A stretch of 64,000 nucleotides of DNA from Alphaproteobacteria bacterium (GTDB lineage: Bacteria; Pseudomonadota; Alphaproteobacteria; RF32; CAG-239): positions 2,649 through 66,648 of the forward strand of contig JAFUSH010000023.1 of NCBI GenBank assembly GCA_017471705.1, in the 5' to 3' direction. Numbering within the stretch: position 1 is the stretch's first letter; each line of letters begins with the position of its first letter. Positions 25,555-34,403 of this stretch are shown here, one piece after another. Both the position numbers and the translations under genes were made by a program. The notes below the pieces were generated by a model. The model worked only from the letters and a program-made list of their open reading frames with translations. It was not told where the DNA came from and searched no databases.

Positions 25555-26130
25555 TTACTTATAAAAGTAATTGGGCAGGCGTTCAAATTTTTCTTTAAGA
25601 TTGTGATACGCTTCTGATATAGACTTGAATTTTTCTTCAGCTTTTCCGTCATCCTTATTTACATCCGGATGATATTTCTTTGCCATTTTTTTATACTGAT
25701 TTTTCAAAGTTTCCGGATTGATATCGCGTATATTCATTTCCAGAACTTTGATATATTCACGCTCTTCCACCGTAAAATAAATACCGTCGCGTGAATATTG
25801 AGCGCTGTTGTCAAATTCATTTTCATAATCATCGGCAAAAAATTGACTTTCTTCCCATAAATCATATCCGAACTGATATCGAACCTTTGATTTGAAGCGG
25901 CGATAAAATCTCGTTTTTTGTTTATCTTTATCTTCGGGAATTTCACCTTCATAATAATTCCATTTTTTATTGTATTCCTGTACGTGTTCTAAGCAAAACC
26001 AATAATATTCCTTAAGTTTCTTATCCTTCGGAGCTTTATATTCACCCGCTTTTTCACATCCTTCGTGGTCGCATTTATGCGGAGTATCTTCATTTTGCGG
26101 AACATAATATTTTTTGGAACGTTTTTGCAT
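25555..26130 (-). CDS. J-domain protein (C-terminal DnaJ domain)
   Basis: YKKMAKKYHPDVNKDD (HPD motif) near the C-terminus; Cys/His-rich N-terminal part. Confidence 0.75.
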   Translation of the reverse strand: MQKRSKKYYVPQNEDTPHKCDHEGCEKAGEYKAPKDKKLKEYYWFCLEHVQEYNKKWNYYEGEIPEDKDKQKTRFYRRFKSKVRYQFGYDLWEESQFFADDYENEFDNSAQYSRDGIYFTVEEREYIKVLEMNIRDINPETLKNQYKKMAKKYHPDVNKDDGKAEEKFKSISEAYHNLKEKFERLPNYFYK

Positions 26131-26243
26131 AATTTCCCTTTGCCTGTACTGAACTTTTTTAATTTAACCCTGTTTATAAATAATGGCAAGAAGTTTGCAA
26201 TATTATTTTGAAAATATATTATATTCGAAAGGAGGTTCGCAAT

Positions 26244-27083
26244 ATGCCGGAATTACCAGAAGTAGAAACCATAAAAAATGCCGTTGAGAAATTTGCCTGT
26301 AATGCACGTATATTATCGGCACAGGTACGGCAACCGCGATTGCGTGAGCTTGTACCCGCTGATTTTGCCGAGCGCATAAACGGCACCCGAATTACCGGTT
26401 TAACACGAATCGCCAAATATATGATTATCAATTTGAATAACGGTTTAAGCATTATTTGGCACTTTGGAATGAGCGGAAAAATAAAAACCGAAGCTTTAAT
26501 GCCGAAAACCTTGGATAAACACGACCATATCATCATAACCACTGATAAAGGCATCATTATTTATAATGACACTCGCCGATTCGGATTGGTAACGTTATGC
26601 GAATCGGAAAAATTAAGACAGCACCGCTGTTTTGCCCGAATCGGATTGGACCCGTGGGATGAAAATTTAACCGCGGACTACCTGCTGAACAAATTCAAAA
26701 ATCGCAAGACCGCCGTCAAAACGGCACTGCTTGATCAGGAAATAATTTGCGGTATCGGTAACATATATGCTTCGGAAATTCTTTATAAAGCACGGATTCT
26801 TCCGCAACGAAAAGCCGAATCCGTTACCGCCGAAGAAGCAACTGAAATAATCTCTTATACCCGTGAGATATTAAGCGATTCGATTAAGGCCGGAGGCTCA
26901 ACAATTCACGACTACAAAAGACCGGACGGTGATATAGGTTATTTCCAGCAAAAACACTGCGTATACAACAAAACCGGACAGCGCTGTCCCGATTGCAAAT
27001 GCAACATTCAAAAAAGCGGCGGCATTCAAAAAGACATTCAGGGGGGCAGATCAACTTTTTATTGCCCTGTCCTGCAAAAATAG
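26244..27083 (+). CDS. mutM: formamidopyrimidine-DNA glycosylase
   Basis: MPELPEVETI N-terminus and a C-terminal zinc finger CPDC...GRSTFYCP. Confidence 0.93.
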   Translation: MPELPEVETIKNAVEKFACNARILSAQVRQPRLRELVPADFAERINGTRITGLTRIAKYMIINLNNGLSIIWHFGMSGKIKTEALMPKTLDKHDHIIITTDKGIIIYNDTRRFGLVTLCESEKLRQHRCFARIGLDPWDENLTADYLLNKFKNRKTAVKTALLDQEIICGIGNIYASEILYKARILPQRKAESVTAEEATEIISYTREILSDSIKAGGSTIHDYKRPDGDIGYFQQKHCVYNKTGQRCPDCKCNIQKSGGIQKDIQGGRSTFYCPVLQK

Positions 27084-27093
27084 GAGTTTATCG

Positions 27094-27459
27094 ATGAAAT
27101 ACATACAACTTTTTTCCTTTTTAACTTTTTTATTTTTTTCCGTCAGCGCAAGTTCCGCACAGTTTGTTGAAGGAATGGACGATGTCCCGTTACCGGACGG
27201 CTTAAGCCAAATCACTCAAGATGATATTTCTTTCGGTAACGAAGAAACCCGACTTTTGGAGGCTTACTTATCGTCTCCGAAAATGAAATTCAACAAAGTA
27301 GCCGAGTTTTATAAAGATTCGTTACCGCAATTAGGTTGGATATATCAAGGAAATCGCGGAAATAATTTGGTATTTTACCGCGAAGGAGAAAATTTGGAAG
27401 TGGTTCGCGAATCGGTTTCTCCGCTGATTGTACGCATAACCGTAAAAACCAAGCCTTAA
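27094..27459 (+). CDS. hypothetical secreted protein (121 aa)
   Basis: Signal-peptide-like N-terminus FLTFLFFSVSASSAQ; no motif recognised. Confidence 0.55.
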   Translation: MKYIQLFSFLTFLFFSVSASSAQFVEGMDDVPLPDGLSQITQDDISFGNEETRLLEAYLSSPKMKFNKVAEFYKDSLPQLGWIYQGNRGNNLVFYREGENLEVVRESVSPLIVRITVKTKP

Positions 27460-27484
27460 AAATGAAAAAAATATAAAAAATTAG

Positions 27485-27514
27485 TTGACTTTAGCTTTAT
27501 GTCGTGGTTATAAA
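27485..27514 (+). promoter_or_regulatory. putative rpsT promoter (TTGACT-N18-TATAAA)
   Basis: Hexamers read directly, about 48 nt upstream of the rpsT ATG. Confidence 0.45.
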
Positions 27515-27561
27515 GTGTACCAGAGTAAATTTTGTATTAACAATTTTATAGGAAGAAAAAT

Positions 27562-27822
27562 ATGGCCAATCATAAGTCGGCAAAAACAAGAATAGTACAT
27601 AACCAGAAACGCGCTCAAATCAACGGTGCGCGCAGAAGTCGTGTCAGAACTTTCGTTAAAGCTGTTTTAGCTTTGATTAATGCTAATGATAAAGAAGGCG
27701 CAACCGTTGCTTTCAAAAAAGCTGAAAGTGAAATGATGAGAGCTTCTCAAAAGGGCGTATTCAAAAAAAATACCGCTTCTCGTACGATTTCTCGTTTAGC
27801 ACAAAAAATTAAAGCTCTTTAG
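27562..27822 (+). CDS. rpsT: 30S ribosomal protein S20
   Basis: MANHKSAKTRIVHNQKRAQINGARRSRVRTFVK matches S20. Confidence 0.93.
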   Translation: MANHKSAKTRIVHNQKRAQINGARRSRVRTFVKAVLALINANDKEGATVAFKKAESEMMRASQKGVFKKNTASRTISRLAQKIKAL

Positions 27823-27841
27823 TTTATAAAAAACATTAAAA

Positions 27842-27881
27842 ACGCGAATTGGTGTCCCGCGATATCGATTCGTGTTTTTTT
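27842..27881 (+). terminator. intrinsic terminator after rpsT
   Basis: 8-bp stem acgcgaat/attcgtgt followed by a T7 run. Confidence 0.6.
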
Positions 27882-28211
27882 GTTTATAATCATATACTTA
27901 CGCTCCGACTCTATAAAAAAACGTTGTCAAGAAATTTAATTACAATGTTCTTAAAAAGTTCTCTTGAATTTTATTTTTTTAACTGTTAACTATTTATTTA
28001 CATTCTCACTATGAGAGAGTCAAAATAAGTCTGGTGCAAAATCAAAACAAAATAAAAAATCATCGCACCTTGTACAGTTGACTGTTTTAGTGAAACGGGG
28101 CGGATTGGTTTGAAAAAATGAATCCGTACGCAAGCGACAATAATTAATAATAAGCAAAGTCGATTGCAAACCTGTTTTTGAGGTTAATTAATTTTTGATG
28201 GACGAGGAAAA

Positions 28212-29642
28212 ATGGCCGAAGAAGCAATTTATAATGATGATATATCTATTAATAACCAATGGGATGAAATATGCAATCAATTAAAAATGGAGTTCGGAGA
28301 AACGGCTTTTGACAGTTGGTTAAAACCTTTAAGCGTCAGTTCTTTTGACAACGGAGTTATGAGTATATGCGCTCCGACCGCTTTTATGAAAAACTGGGTT
28401 ATTGCTCATTATTCCGAGCGCATTCACCGTATTTGGGAAAGAAAAAATCCTGAAATAAAAGAAGTTCAGTTTGTAGTACAGAATTTATCTGCCGGACAGT
28501 CGTCGGGAAATTCGCACGGTGACACTTCACTGATTAAAAAGATTAAGTTATCCCCTACTCCGCAAGGCGTGTACGGTTTAAATACCGTGGCCAACAGTTA
28601 TGCTGATTACGATTCTTATTCATCAAAACTGAATCCGGCTTTCACATTTGAGAATTTTGTTGTGGGAAAGACCAACGAATTTGCTTATGCGGCTGCTCGT
28701 AAAGTTGCAGAATCTAAAAATGTTTCTTTTAATCCGTTATTCTTATATTCCGGAGTCGGTCTCGGTAAAACGCACCTGATGCACGCCATTGCCCAATACA
28801 TCAAAAACAGTGATCCGAAACGCACGGTTGTTTATATTTCGGCGGAACAATTTCTTTATAAATTTGTGAACGCATTGCGCTATAAAGACACCGACGCATT
28901 TAAGGAACAATTCCGTTCTGTCGATGTTTTAATGATAGATGACGTACAGTTTTTAGCTAACAAAACCAAAACGCAGGATGAATTCTTTTATACATTTACC
29001 TCACTGATTGAAAGCGGTAAGCAAATCATCTTATCTGCCGATAAATCACCTACCGATTTGGACGGTATAGAAAACCGCCTTAAATCTCGCTTAAACAGCG
29101 GATTGGTTGCTGATATAATGCCGACCGATTTTGATTTAAGACTCGGTATATTACATAAAAAAGCCGAACAGATGGGTATTATTTTACCGGAAAATGTAGC
29201 TGAATTTTTGGCTCAGAAAATATCATCAAGCATTCGTGAATTGGAAGGTTCTCTGAAAAGAATAGCCGCTCACTCGTTATTAATGTCTTCCGGAAATGAA
29301 ATTACTTTGGATATGACGCAGGACATCTTAAAAGATATGTTGCGCTCTATCGACAGAAAAACAACTATTGATGAGATTCAGAAGAAAGTTGCCGAATATT
29401 TCAACATTTCGGTAAAAGAGATGCAATCTTCCCGTCGCGCCCGCAATGTCGCCAGACCGCGCCAAATAGCTATGTATCTTGCCAAACAGCTTACTTCGCG
29501 TTCCTTACCGGAAATCGGTCGTAAATTTGATCGTGACCATACCACGGTTATGCACGCAGTAAGAAAAGTTGAGGAATTGATTGTGGAGGATACATCAATG
29601 GCCGAAAGCATTGATGATTTACGTCACGCTTTAGAGTATTAA
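28212..29642 (+). CDS. dnaA: chromosomal replication initiator DnaA
   Basis: 476 aa; GVGLGKTHLMHAI Walker A, and a C-terminal DNA-binding region with HTTVMHA. Confidence 0.96.
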   Translation: MAEEAIYNDDISINNQWDEICNQLKMEFGETAFDSWLKPLSVSSFDNGVMSICAPTAFMKNWVIAHYSERIHRIWERKNPEIKEVQFVVQNLSAGQSSGNSHGDTSLIKKIKLSPTPQGVYGLNTVANSYADYDSYSSKLNPAFTFENFVVGKTNEFAYAAARKVAESKNVSFNPLFLYSGVGLGKTHLMHAIAQYIKNSDPKRTVVYISAEQFLYKFVNALRYKDTDAFKEQFRSVDVLMIDDVQFLANKTKTQDEFFYTFTSLIESGKQIILSADKSPTDLDGIENRLKSRLNSGLVADIMPTDFDLRLGILHKKAEQMGIILPENVAEFLAQKISSSIRELEGSLKRIAAHSLLMSSGNEITLDMTQDILKDMLRSIDRKTTIDEIQKKVAEYFNISVKEMQSSRRARNVARPRQIAMYLAKQLTSRSLPEIGRKFDRDHTTVMHAVRKVEELIVEDTSMAESIDDLRHALEY

Positions 29643-29735
29643 AAAATCTGTTGAAGACTCGCTCTTTTAGCTTCTTATTGTAACTAAAATTTGCTACTTT
29701 GGCAGTAGTTAAAATAAACAAGGTTGATAAAAAAT

Positions 29736-30854
29736 ATGAAATTTGCAATAGAAAAAGCCGTATTACTTAAGACATTGGGACACGTTCAAAATATAGTGGA
29801 AAGACGCAACACGGTTCCGGTACTGTCCAATGTTCGTATTGAAGCTGACAATAACGGCATCAGCTTTAAGGCAACCGATATGGATACCGAAATTACCGAA
29901 ATTGTTGATGCTAAAATTTTGGAAAACGGCGCCATCACCGCTCCGGCTCATATGATGTATGACATTGTGCGTAAATTGTCGGACGGCGCTGAAATTGAGC
30001 TGGTTCACCCTGATGAAAAGGAACAATTATCAATTATTTCGGGGCGTTCAAAGTTCTCTCTGCCGACTATCGGAGTTGAGGACTTTCCGGCAATTTCCGC
30101 AGACAGTTTGCCTACCAATTTTTCAATTAAACGCGATGAATTGAAAGATATTATAGATCGTACGCAATTTGCTGCTTCCACGGAAGAAACCAGATATTAT
30201 TTAAACGGTTTATATATTCATCCGAAAGATGAGGGAGAAACCAAAGTTCTGCGTATTGTCGCCACCGACGGTCACAGATTGGCCTGCGTGGAGAGTCCCT
30301 TGCCGGCAGGTGCGGAAAATATGCAAGGCGTAATTTTACCGCGTAAAACCGTAGGAGAAATCAGAAAGCTATTGGATGACACCTCAGCCGAATCGATACA
30401 GATTGCCCTTTCAGACAGCAAAGTTCGCTTTACTTTAGACGATATTGCTCTCGCTTCTAAATTGATTGACGGTACTTATCCGGACTATGAAAGAGTAATA
30501 CCGACCGGTAATAATAAAATATTAGAAATGAGTGTTAAAACATTGGCTACCGCGGTTGACCGTGTTTCGGTTGTTGCCGAAAAAACACGTGCAATCAAAA
30601 TGATTGCCAACAAAAATCACGTTATTGTAACCACATCAAGCCCTGATTTAGGCAGTGCTATTGAAGAAATTGAAGCCAGTTACGATAATGAGTCATTAGA
30701 GATAGGATACAATTTCAGATACTTACTGGATATTTTGGCGGAAATCAAAGGAGATACGGTTCGTTTCAGTTTCAGTGACAGTTCTTCTCCGTCGCTTATT
30801 CACGATACTTCTGATGCCAGTGCCATTTACGTTCTGATGCCGATGAGAGTTTAG
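29736..30854 (+). CDS. dnaN: DNA polymerase III beta sliding clamp
   Basis: MKFAIEKAVLLKTLGHVQNIVERRNTVPVLSNVRIEA is typical of DnaN; ATG 29736 preferred over TTG 29724. Confidence 0.95.
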   Translation: MKFAIEKAVLLKTLGHVQNIVERRNTVPVLSNVRIEADNNGISFKATDMDTEITEIVDAKILENGAITAPAHMMYDIVRKLSDGAEIELVHPDEKEQLSIISGRSKFSLPTIGVEDFPAISADSLPTNFSIKRDELKDIIDRTQFAASTEETRYYLNGLYIHPKDEGETKVLRIVATDGHRLACVESPLPAGAENMQGVILPRKTVGEIRKLLDDTSAESIQIALSDSKVRFTLDDIALASKLIDGTYPDYERVIPTGNNKILEMSVKTLATAVDRVSVVAEKTRAIKMIANKNHVIVTTSSPDLGSAIEEIEASYDNESLEIGYNFRYLLDILAEIKGDTVRFSFSDSSSPSLIHDTSDASAIYVLMPMRV

Positions 30855-30855
30855 C

Positions 30856-32064
30856 GTGAATTTTTTAAACAAAAAATTGCAGGAAATCAGTAAATTAAAG
30901 TCAGGTGTCAAACGCCTGACTTTAACTGATTACAGAAATTATAAAAGTCTGCGCATAAATGCGGAAATATCTCCGATTATAATTACCGGAGAAAACGGCA
31001 GCGGAAAAACCAATATATTGGAAGCGATTTCATTTTTAACCCCCGGACGGGGTCTCAGAAGTTCAAAACTATCTGATATAAAACGGATTCGTTCTTCAGA
31101 AGAAATTAATGGCTTAAATACCGAAAATGCTTGGAGTGTAGCTGCAGATATTTTGAAAAATGATGAGGAAATAAGTATCGGAACCGCGGTGCAAAGAGTT
31201 GTGCGCGAAAATACGGAAGATGATGATTTTCATAAATTTGACCGCCGCATCGTTAAAATAAATCAGCAAAAAATAACTCAACAAAGCGAACTAGGGAAAT
31301 ATATTTCAGCTATATGGATAACCCCGCAGATGGACCGTCTGTTTTCCGGAGGTCCGCAACCGCGCCGCAGTTTTTTGGACCGATTAGTATACGCTTTTGA
31401 TTTGGAACACGCTAAGCGGACTGCCAATTTTGAACATTTATACCGCCAATGGTTCCAATTGTTGAAAAGCGGAAATCGTGATGTGCATTGGTTACAATCA
31501 ATCGAAAGCGATATGGCTTCTCTGGGCGTTGCCATCGCTGCCGCCAGACGCGAGCAAATTGCCCGTTTGAATACTTTTATTGAAAATGAACCCGATGATA
31601 TTTTTCCAGACATCCGCATAGAATTGGACGGAACCGTTGAAAAAATGCTGGATACCGAACCGGCTATAAAAGCTGAAGATTTTTATGCAGAAAATTTAGC
31701 CGGACAACGCAATAACGTATTATATAATGACTCCGTAGACGGCGTAAACCGCACTGATTTCAAAGTTTTTTTGAAAAAGAAAAATATGCCGGCGGAATTA
31801 TGTTCCACCGGAGAACAAAAAGCCCTTTTAATCAGCATTATATTAGCCCAAACCAAATGTCAGATATTGAATAAAGGCTTTACTCCGGTTCTGCTTTTAG
31901 ATGAGGTAACCACACATTTGGACGACCAAAAACGAGATGCCTTGTTACAAAAAATATACGATTTGCAACTGCAGGCTTGGATTACTTCAACCGAAGAAAG
32001 CAACTTTTCTTTACTTCAAAACAAAGCGCAATATTTCAAAATAAAAGACGGCAAATTATTTTAA
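30856..32064 (+). CDS. recF: DNA replication/repair protein RecF
   Basis: Walker A GENGSGKTNILEAI and later STGEQKALLISIILAQ; the N-terminal start (GTG 30856) is uncertain. Confidence 0.9.
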   Translation: MNFLNKKLQEISKLKSGVKRLTLTDYRNYKSLRINAEISPIIITGENGSGKTNILEAISFLTPGRGLRSSKLSDIKRIRSSEEINGLNTENAWSVAADILKNDEEISIGTAVQRVVRENTEDDDFHKFDRRIVKINQQKITQQSELGKYISAIWITPQMDRLFSGGPQPRRSFLDRLVYAFDLEHAKRTANFEHLYRQWFQLLKSGNRDVHWLQSIESDMASLGVAIAAARREQIARLNTFIENEPDDIFPDIRIELDGTVEKMLDTEPAIKAEDFYAENLAGQRNNVLYNDSVDGVNRTDFKVFLKKKNMPAELCSTGEQKALLISIILAQTKCQILNKGFTPVLLLDEVTTHLDDQKRDALLQKIYDLQLQAWITSTEESNFSLLQNKAQYFKIKDGKLF

Positions 32065-32130
32065 GCTTGTCAAAAAAAATAAAATAATCTAAACTGACGG
32101 TAAAAGTTATAATAATTAATCCCAACAATT

Positions 32131-32529
32131 ATGGAAAAAATTGATATTCTTCTGATGATTGCGGTTGTAGAATGTGCAGAGCTTACCGGTTTTAATACCG
32201 AAGAACTCTTTGAATTCTGGATAAACCTTTCTAATTGTGCGGCAGATGAGGACTTCTTCGATGAATTTGAAGACAAGGAGCAACACAGTATCAAAAACTG
32301 TATTTCTTTGTTAGAGAAAGAATTTAAACGTCGCGGATTTCGACCTATCAATCTGTTCCAAATGATGAGGGACAACCCTAATGATGTGGCAAGAGTTTTG
32401 AGACATTCCAACTTAGAGCAGCTTATGAATTTGGAAGCAAATTTGAAAGAGTTCGAACAGAATGATACAATCGAAAATCTCTTGCGTTTGATTCGTGAAA
32501 GGATGATGCAAATTATCCCTATGGCCTGA
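32131..32529 (+). CDS. hypothetical acidic protein (132 aa)
   Basis: ORF followed by the terminator hairpin agaagaactt-aaagttcttct; no motif recognised. Confidence 0.5.
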   Translation: MEKIDILLMIAVVECAELTGFNTEELFEFWINLSNCAADEDFFDEFEDKEQHSIKNCISLLEKEFKRRGFRPINLFQMMRDNPNDVARVLRHSNLEQLMNLEANLKEFEQNDTIENLLRLIRERMMQIIPMA

Positions 32530-32643
32530 AATAGAAGAACTTAAAGTTCTTCTATTTTTTTGTTTTATATGATAAATCTTCTTAATAATTGACGCGCCCG
32601 CATTTGTTTGTTATTATACCCCCAATATTGGGAGGTAAAAAAA

Positions 32644-33189
32644 ATGAAAATTAACGAATCCGGTCGTTCTATGATTGAGATGTTAGGCGTATTAGCCATT
32701 ATAGGCGTGCTGTCCATAGGTGGTATTTCCGGCTATTCAAAAGCAATGAGTAAACACCGTGTAAATAAAAGTATTGATCAAATAACGCAGATTGTATCAA
32801 TGGTGCGTTCCATCTTTTACGGACACAAAACTTATGTTGCTTTAGACGATGCTACTGCCGATTTGGTTAATAAAGCTCACCTGTTCCCTGATGAACTGGG
32901 TAATGGCAGCGGAACCAATCCTTTCGGAGGAAACGTAACCATTAAAAGTGCAAAAAAGAATTCATCAGATTTAAAAAACAAAGCTTTCACCATTACTTAC
33001 ACAATGATTCCGCAAGAATCGTGCATTGATTTGGTGACTCAAGATTGGGGAAAGGGATCTCGTTCCGGTTTTGTAAGTTTGAAAGTGGGCAGCAAGACAT
33101 TTACGTCTTCTCCGGTATCTATTGCTGATGCCACGAGTAATGCCGCCTGTGACGGACAAAACAATACAGTTGAATTGACTTTTTATTAA
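32644..33189 (+). CDS. prepilin-type N-terminal domain protein (type IV pilin / pseudopilin-like), paralogue 1
   Basis: MKINESG|RSMIEMLGVLAIIGVLSIGG has Gly at -1, Glu at +5 and a hydrophobic helix. SD is GGGAGG. Confidence 0.75.
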   Translation: MKINESGRSMIEMLGVLAIIGVLSIGGISGYSKAMSKHRVNKSIDQITQIVSMVRSIFYGHKTYVALDDATADLVNKAHLFPDELGNGSGTNPFGGNVTIKSAKKNSSDLKNKAFTITYTMIPQESCIDLVTQDWGKGSRSGFVSLKVGSKTFTSSPVSIADATSNAACDGQNNTVELTFY

Positions 33190-33203
33190 ATTTTATGTTC
33201 AAG

Positions 33204-33233
33204 AAAAAACGGGAAGCAAAACTTCCCGTTTTT
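33204..33233. terminator. bidirectional terminator between convergent pilin-like genes
   Basis: aaaaaaCGGGAAGcaaaaCTTCCCGttttt. Confidence 0.7.
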
Positions 33234-33250
33234 CATTTTTTAAATCTGCA

Positions 33251-33811
33251 TTATCTGAATTTCAATGTAAGGCTGTTGTCATCGCCGCTGCAATATTTTG
33301 CCGCATCCGCTATGGCATCACCGGAAGAAGCCGGTGATGAGGTATCTCCGACAAATCCCATAAAACCGGTACTTGCCTCGGAACCCCAGTTGGTTGTCAA
33401 CAAAGTCATACACATTTCCTCGGTCAAATCACTCGCTGTAAGCGTAAATAATGCCGGATACGATGCACTGGCCACCGTATAAGCTACGTCGGCATTTCCG
33501 ATGAAAGAGCTGCAATTACAGGCATCAGTATCTTCGGAGTTTGCATCAACATCACACTCCAAAACATCGGGATATGCTTTACCTTTGCAGACATACTTCA
33601 TAAAACTCCCGTCGCTTGAAGAATAATCTCTGGCAACCGTTCTGACTTTTGCCGCAAGGCTGCTGATTTCATCAATCACATTATTAGTCTGATTACTGTT
33701 ATTCACTTTGCTCACCAAGCTGAAACCTCCAACCGTCAAAACCCCGACAATTGCCAATACTCCCAGCATTTCAAGCATAGAACGTCCCGTTTGCAAATCT
33801 TTCATCATCAT
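33251..33811 (-). CDS. prepilin-type N-terminal domain protein, paralogue 2
   Basis: MMMKDLQTG|RSMLEMLGVLAIVGVLTVGG; Cys-containing C-terminal part ending LTLKFR. Confidence 0.75.
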   Translation of the reverse strand: MMMKDLQTGRSMLEMLGVLAIVGVLTVGGFSLVSKVNNSNQTNNVIDEISSLAAKVRTVARDYSSSDGSFMKYVCKGKAYPDVLECDVDANSEDTDACNCSSFIGNADVAYTVASASYPALFTLTASDLTEEMCMTLLTTNWGSEASTGFMGFVGDTSSPASSGDAIADAAKYCSGDDNSLTLKFR

Positions 33812-33817
33812 TTCTCC

Positions 33818-34351
33818 TTATTCATTGGTGCAAGCTTTAAATTTTAATTTTACGGTAGAATCGTCAGAACACGAACTTGAAGCTGCAGACAGCTCCATTT
33901 GTTCATCTGATGACGGAGAGCATTCTCCGGCACCGACGCAAACTCCCATAAAACCGTTTGTACCTTTTTTACCCCAATCATTACCGGCCAACTGAATACA
34001 CGCGTCGGAATTAAGACCGGCTACGCTTACTTCAAAAGTACTTAAATCACCGTTGATTGTTATTTCACTATCCATCGGACCGATAAATTTTCCGTTTTCA
34101 TAATCAAGTTCATCGGAATATGCTTCCGATTTATACAAAAACATTGTGTACGAACCGTAAGCACTGTCATAATCACAGGCCATTTTCTTAGCCGTCATTG
34201 CAACTTTAGATACCTCGGCCGTAAGCTGACCTAATTCGTGCATTTGTCTTGAACGTCCTATAACATTCAATCCTCCTACCGTCATAACACCTATAATAGC
34301 AAGCACACCCAACATTTCTATCATAGAGCGCCCGCTTTCATTAGTAAACAT
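33818..34351 (-). CDS. prepilin-type N-terminal domain protein, paralogue 3
   Basis: MFTNESG|RSMIEMLGVLAIIGVMTVGG; C-terminus ...STVKLKFKACTNE. Confidence 0.75.
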   Translation of the reverse strand: MFTNESGRSMIEMLGVLAIIGVMTVGGLNVIGRSRQMHELGQLTAEVSKVAMTAKKMACDYDSAYGSYTMFLYKSEAYSDELDYENGKFIGPMDSEITINGDLSTFEVSVAGLNSDACIQLAGNDWGKKGTNGFMGVCVGAGECSPSSDEQMELSAASSSCSDDSTVKLKFKACTNE

Positions 34352-34374
34352 CTGTTTTTACCTCCGTTATTTGA

Positions 34375-34397
34375 AGAAAAACAGCCCCCGAAGGGGC
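34375..34397 (-). terminator. intrinsic terminator after the 690-aa gene
   Basis: Minus strand reads AGCCCCttcgGGGGCT followed by gttttt, 6 nt after the stop codon. Confidence 0.65.
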
Positions 34398-34403
34398 TAT
34401 TTT

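Noticed and set aside
27823-28211. Calling this region the chromosomal origin (oriC)
   Set aside because: Only two 7-of-9 DnaA-box-like matches and a modest AT-rich stretch are present, and alphaproteobacterial origins are often not next to dnaA. It is kept only as a regulatory-region observation.
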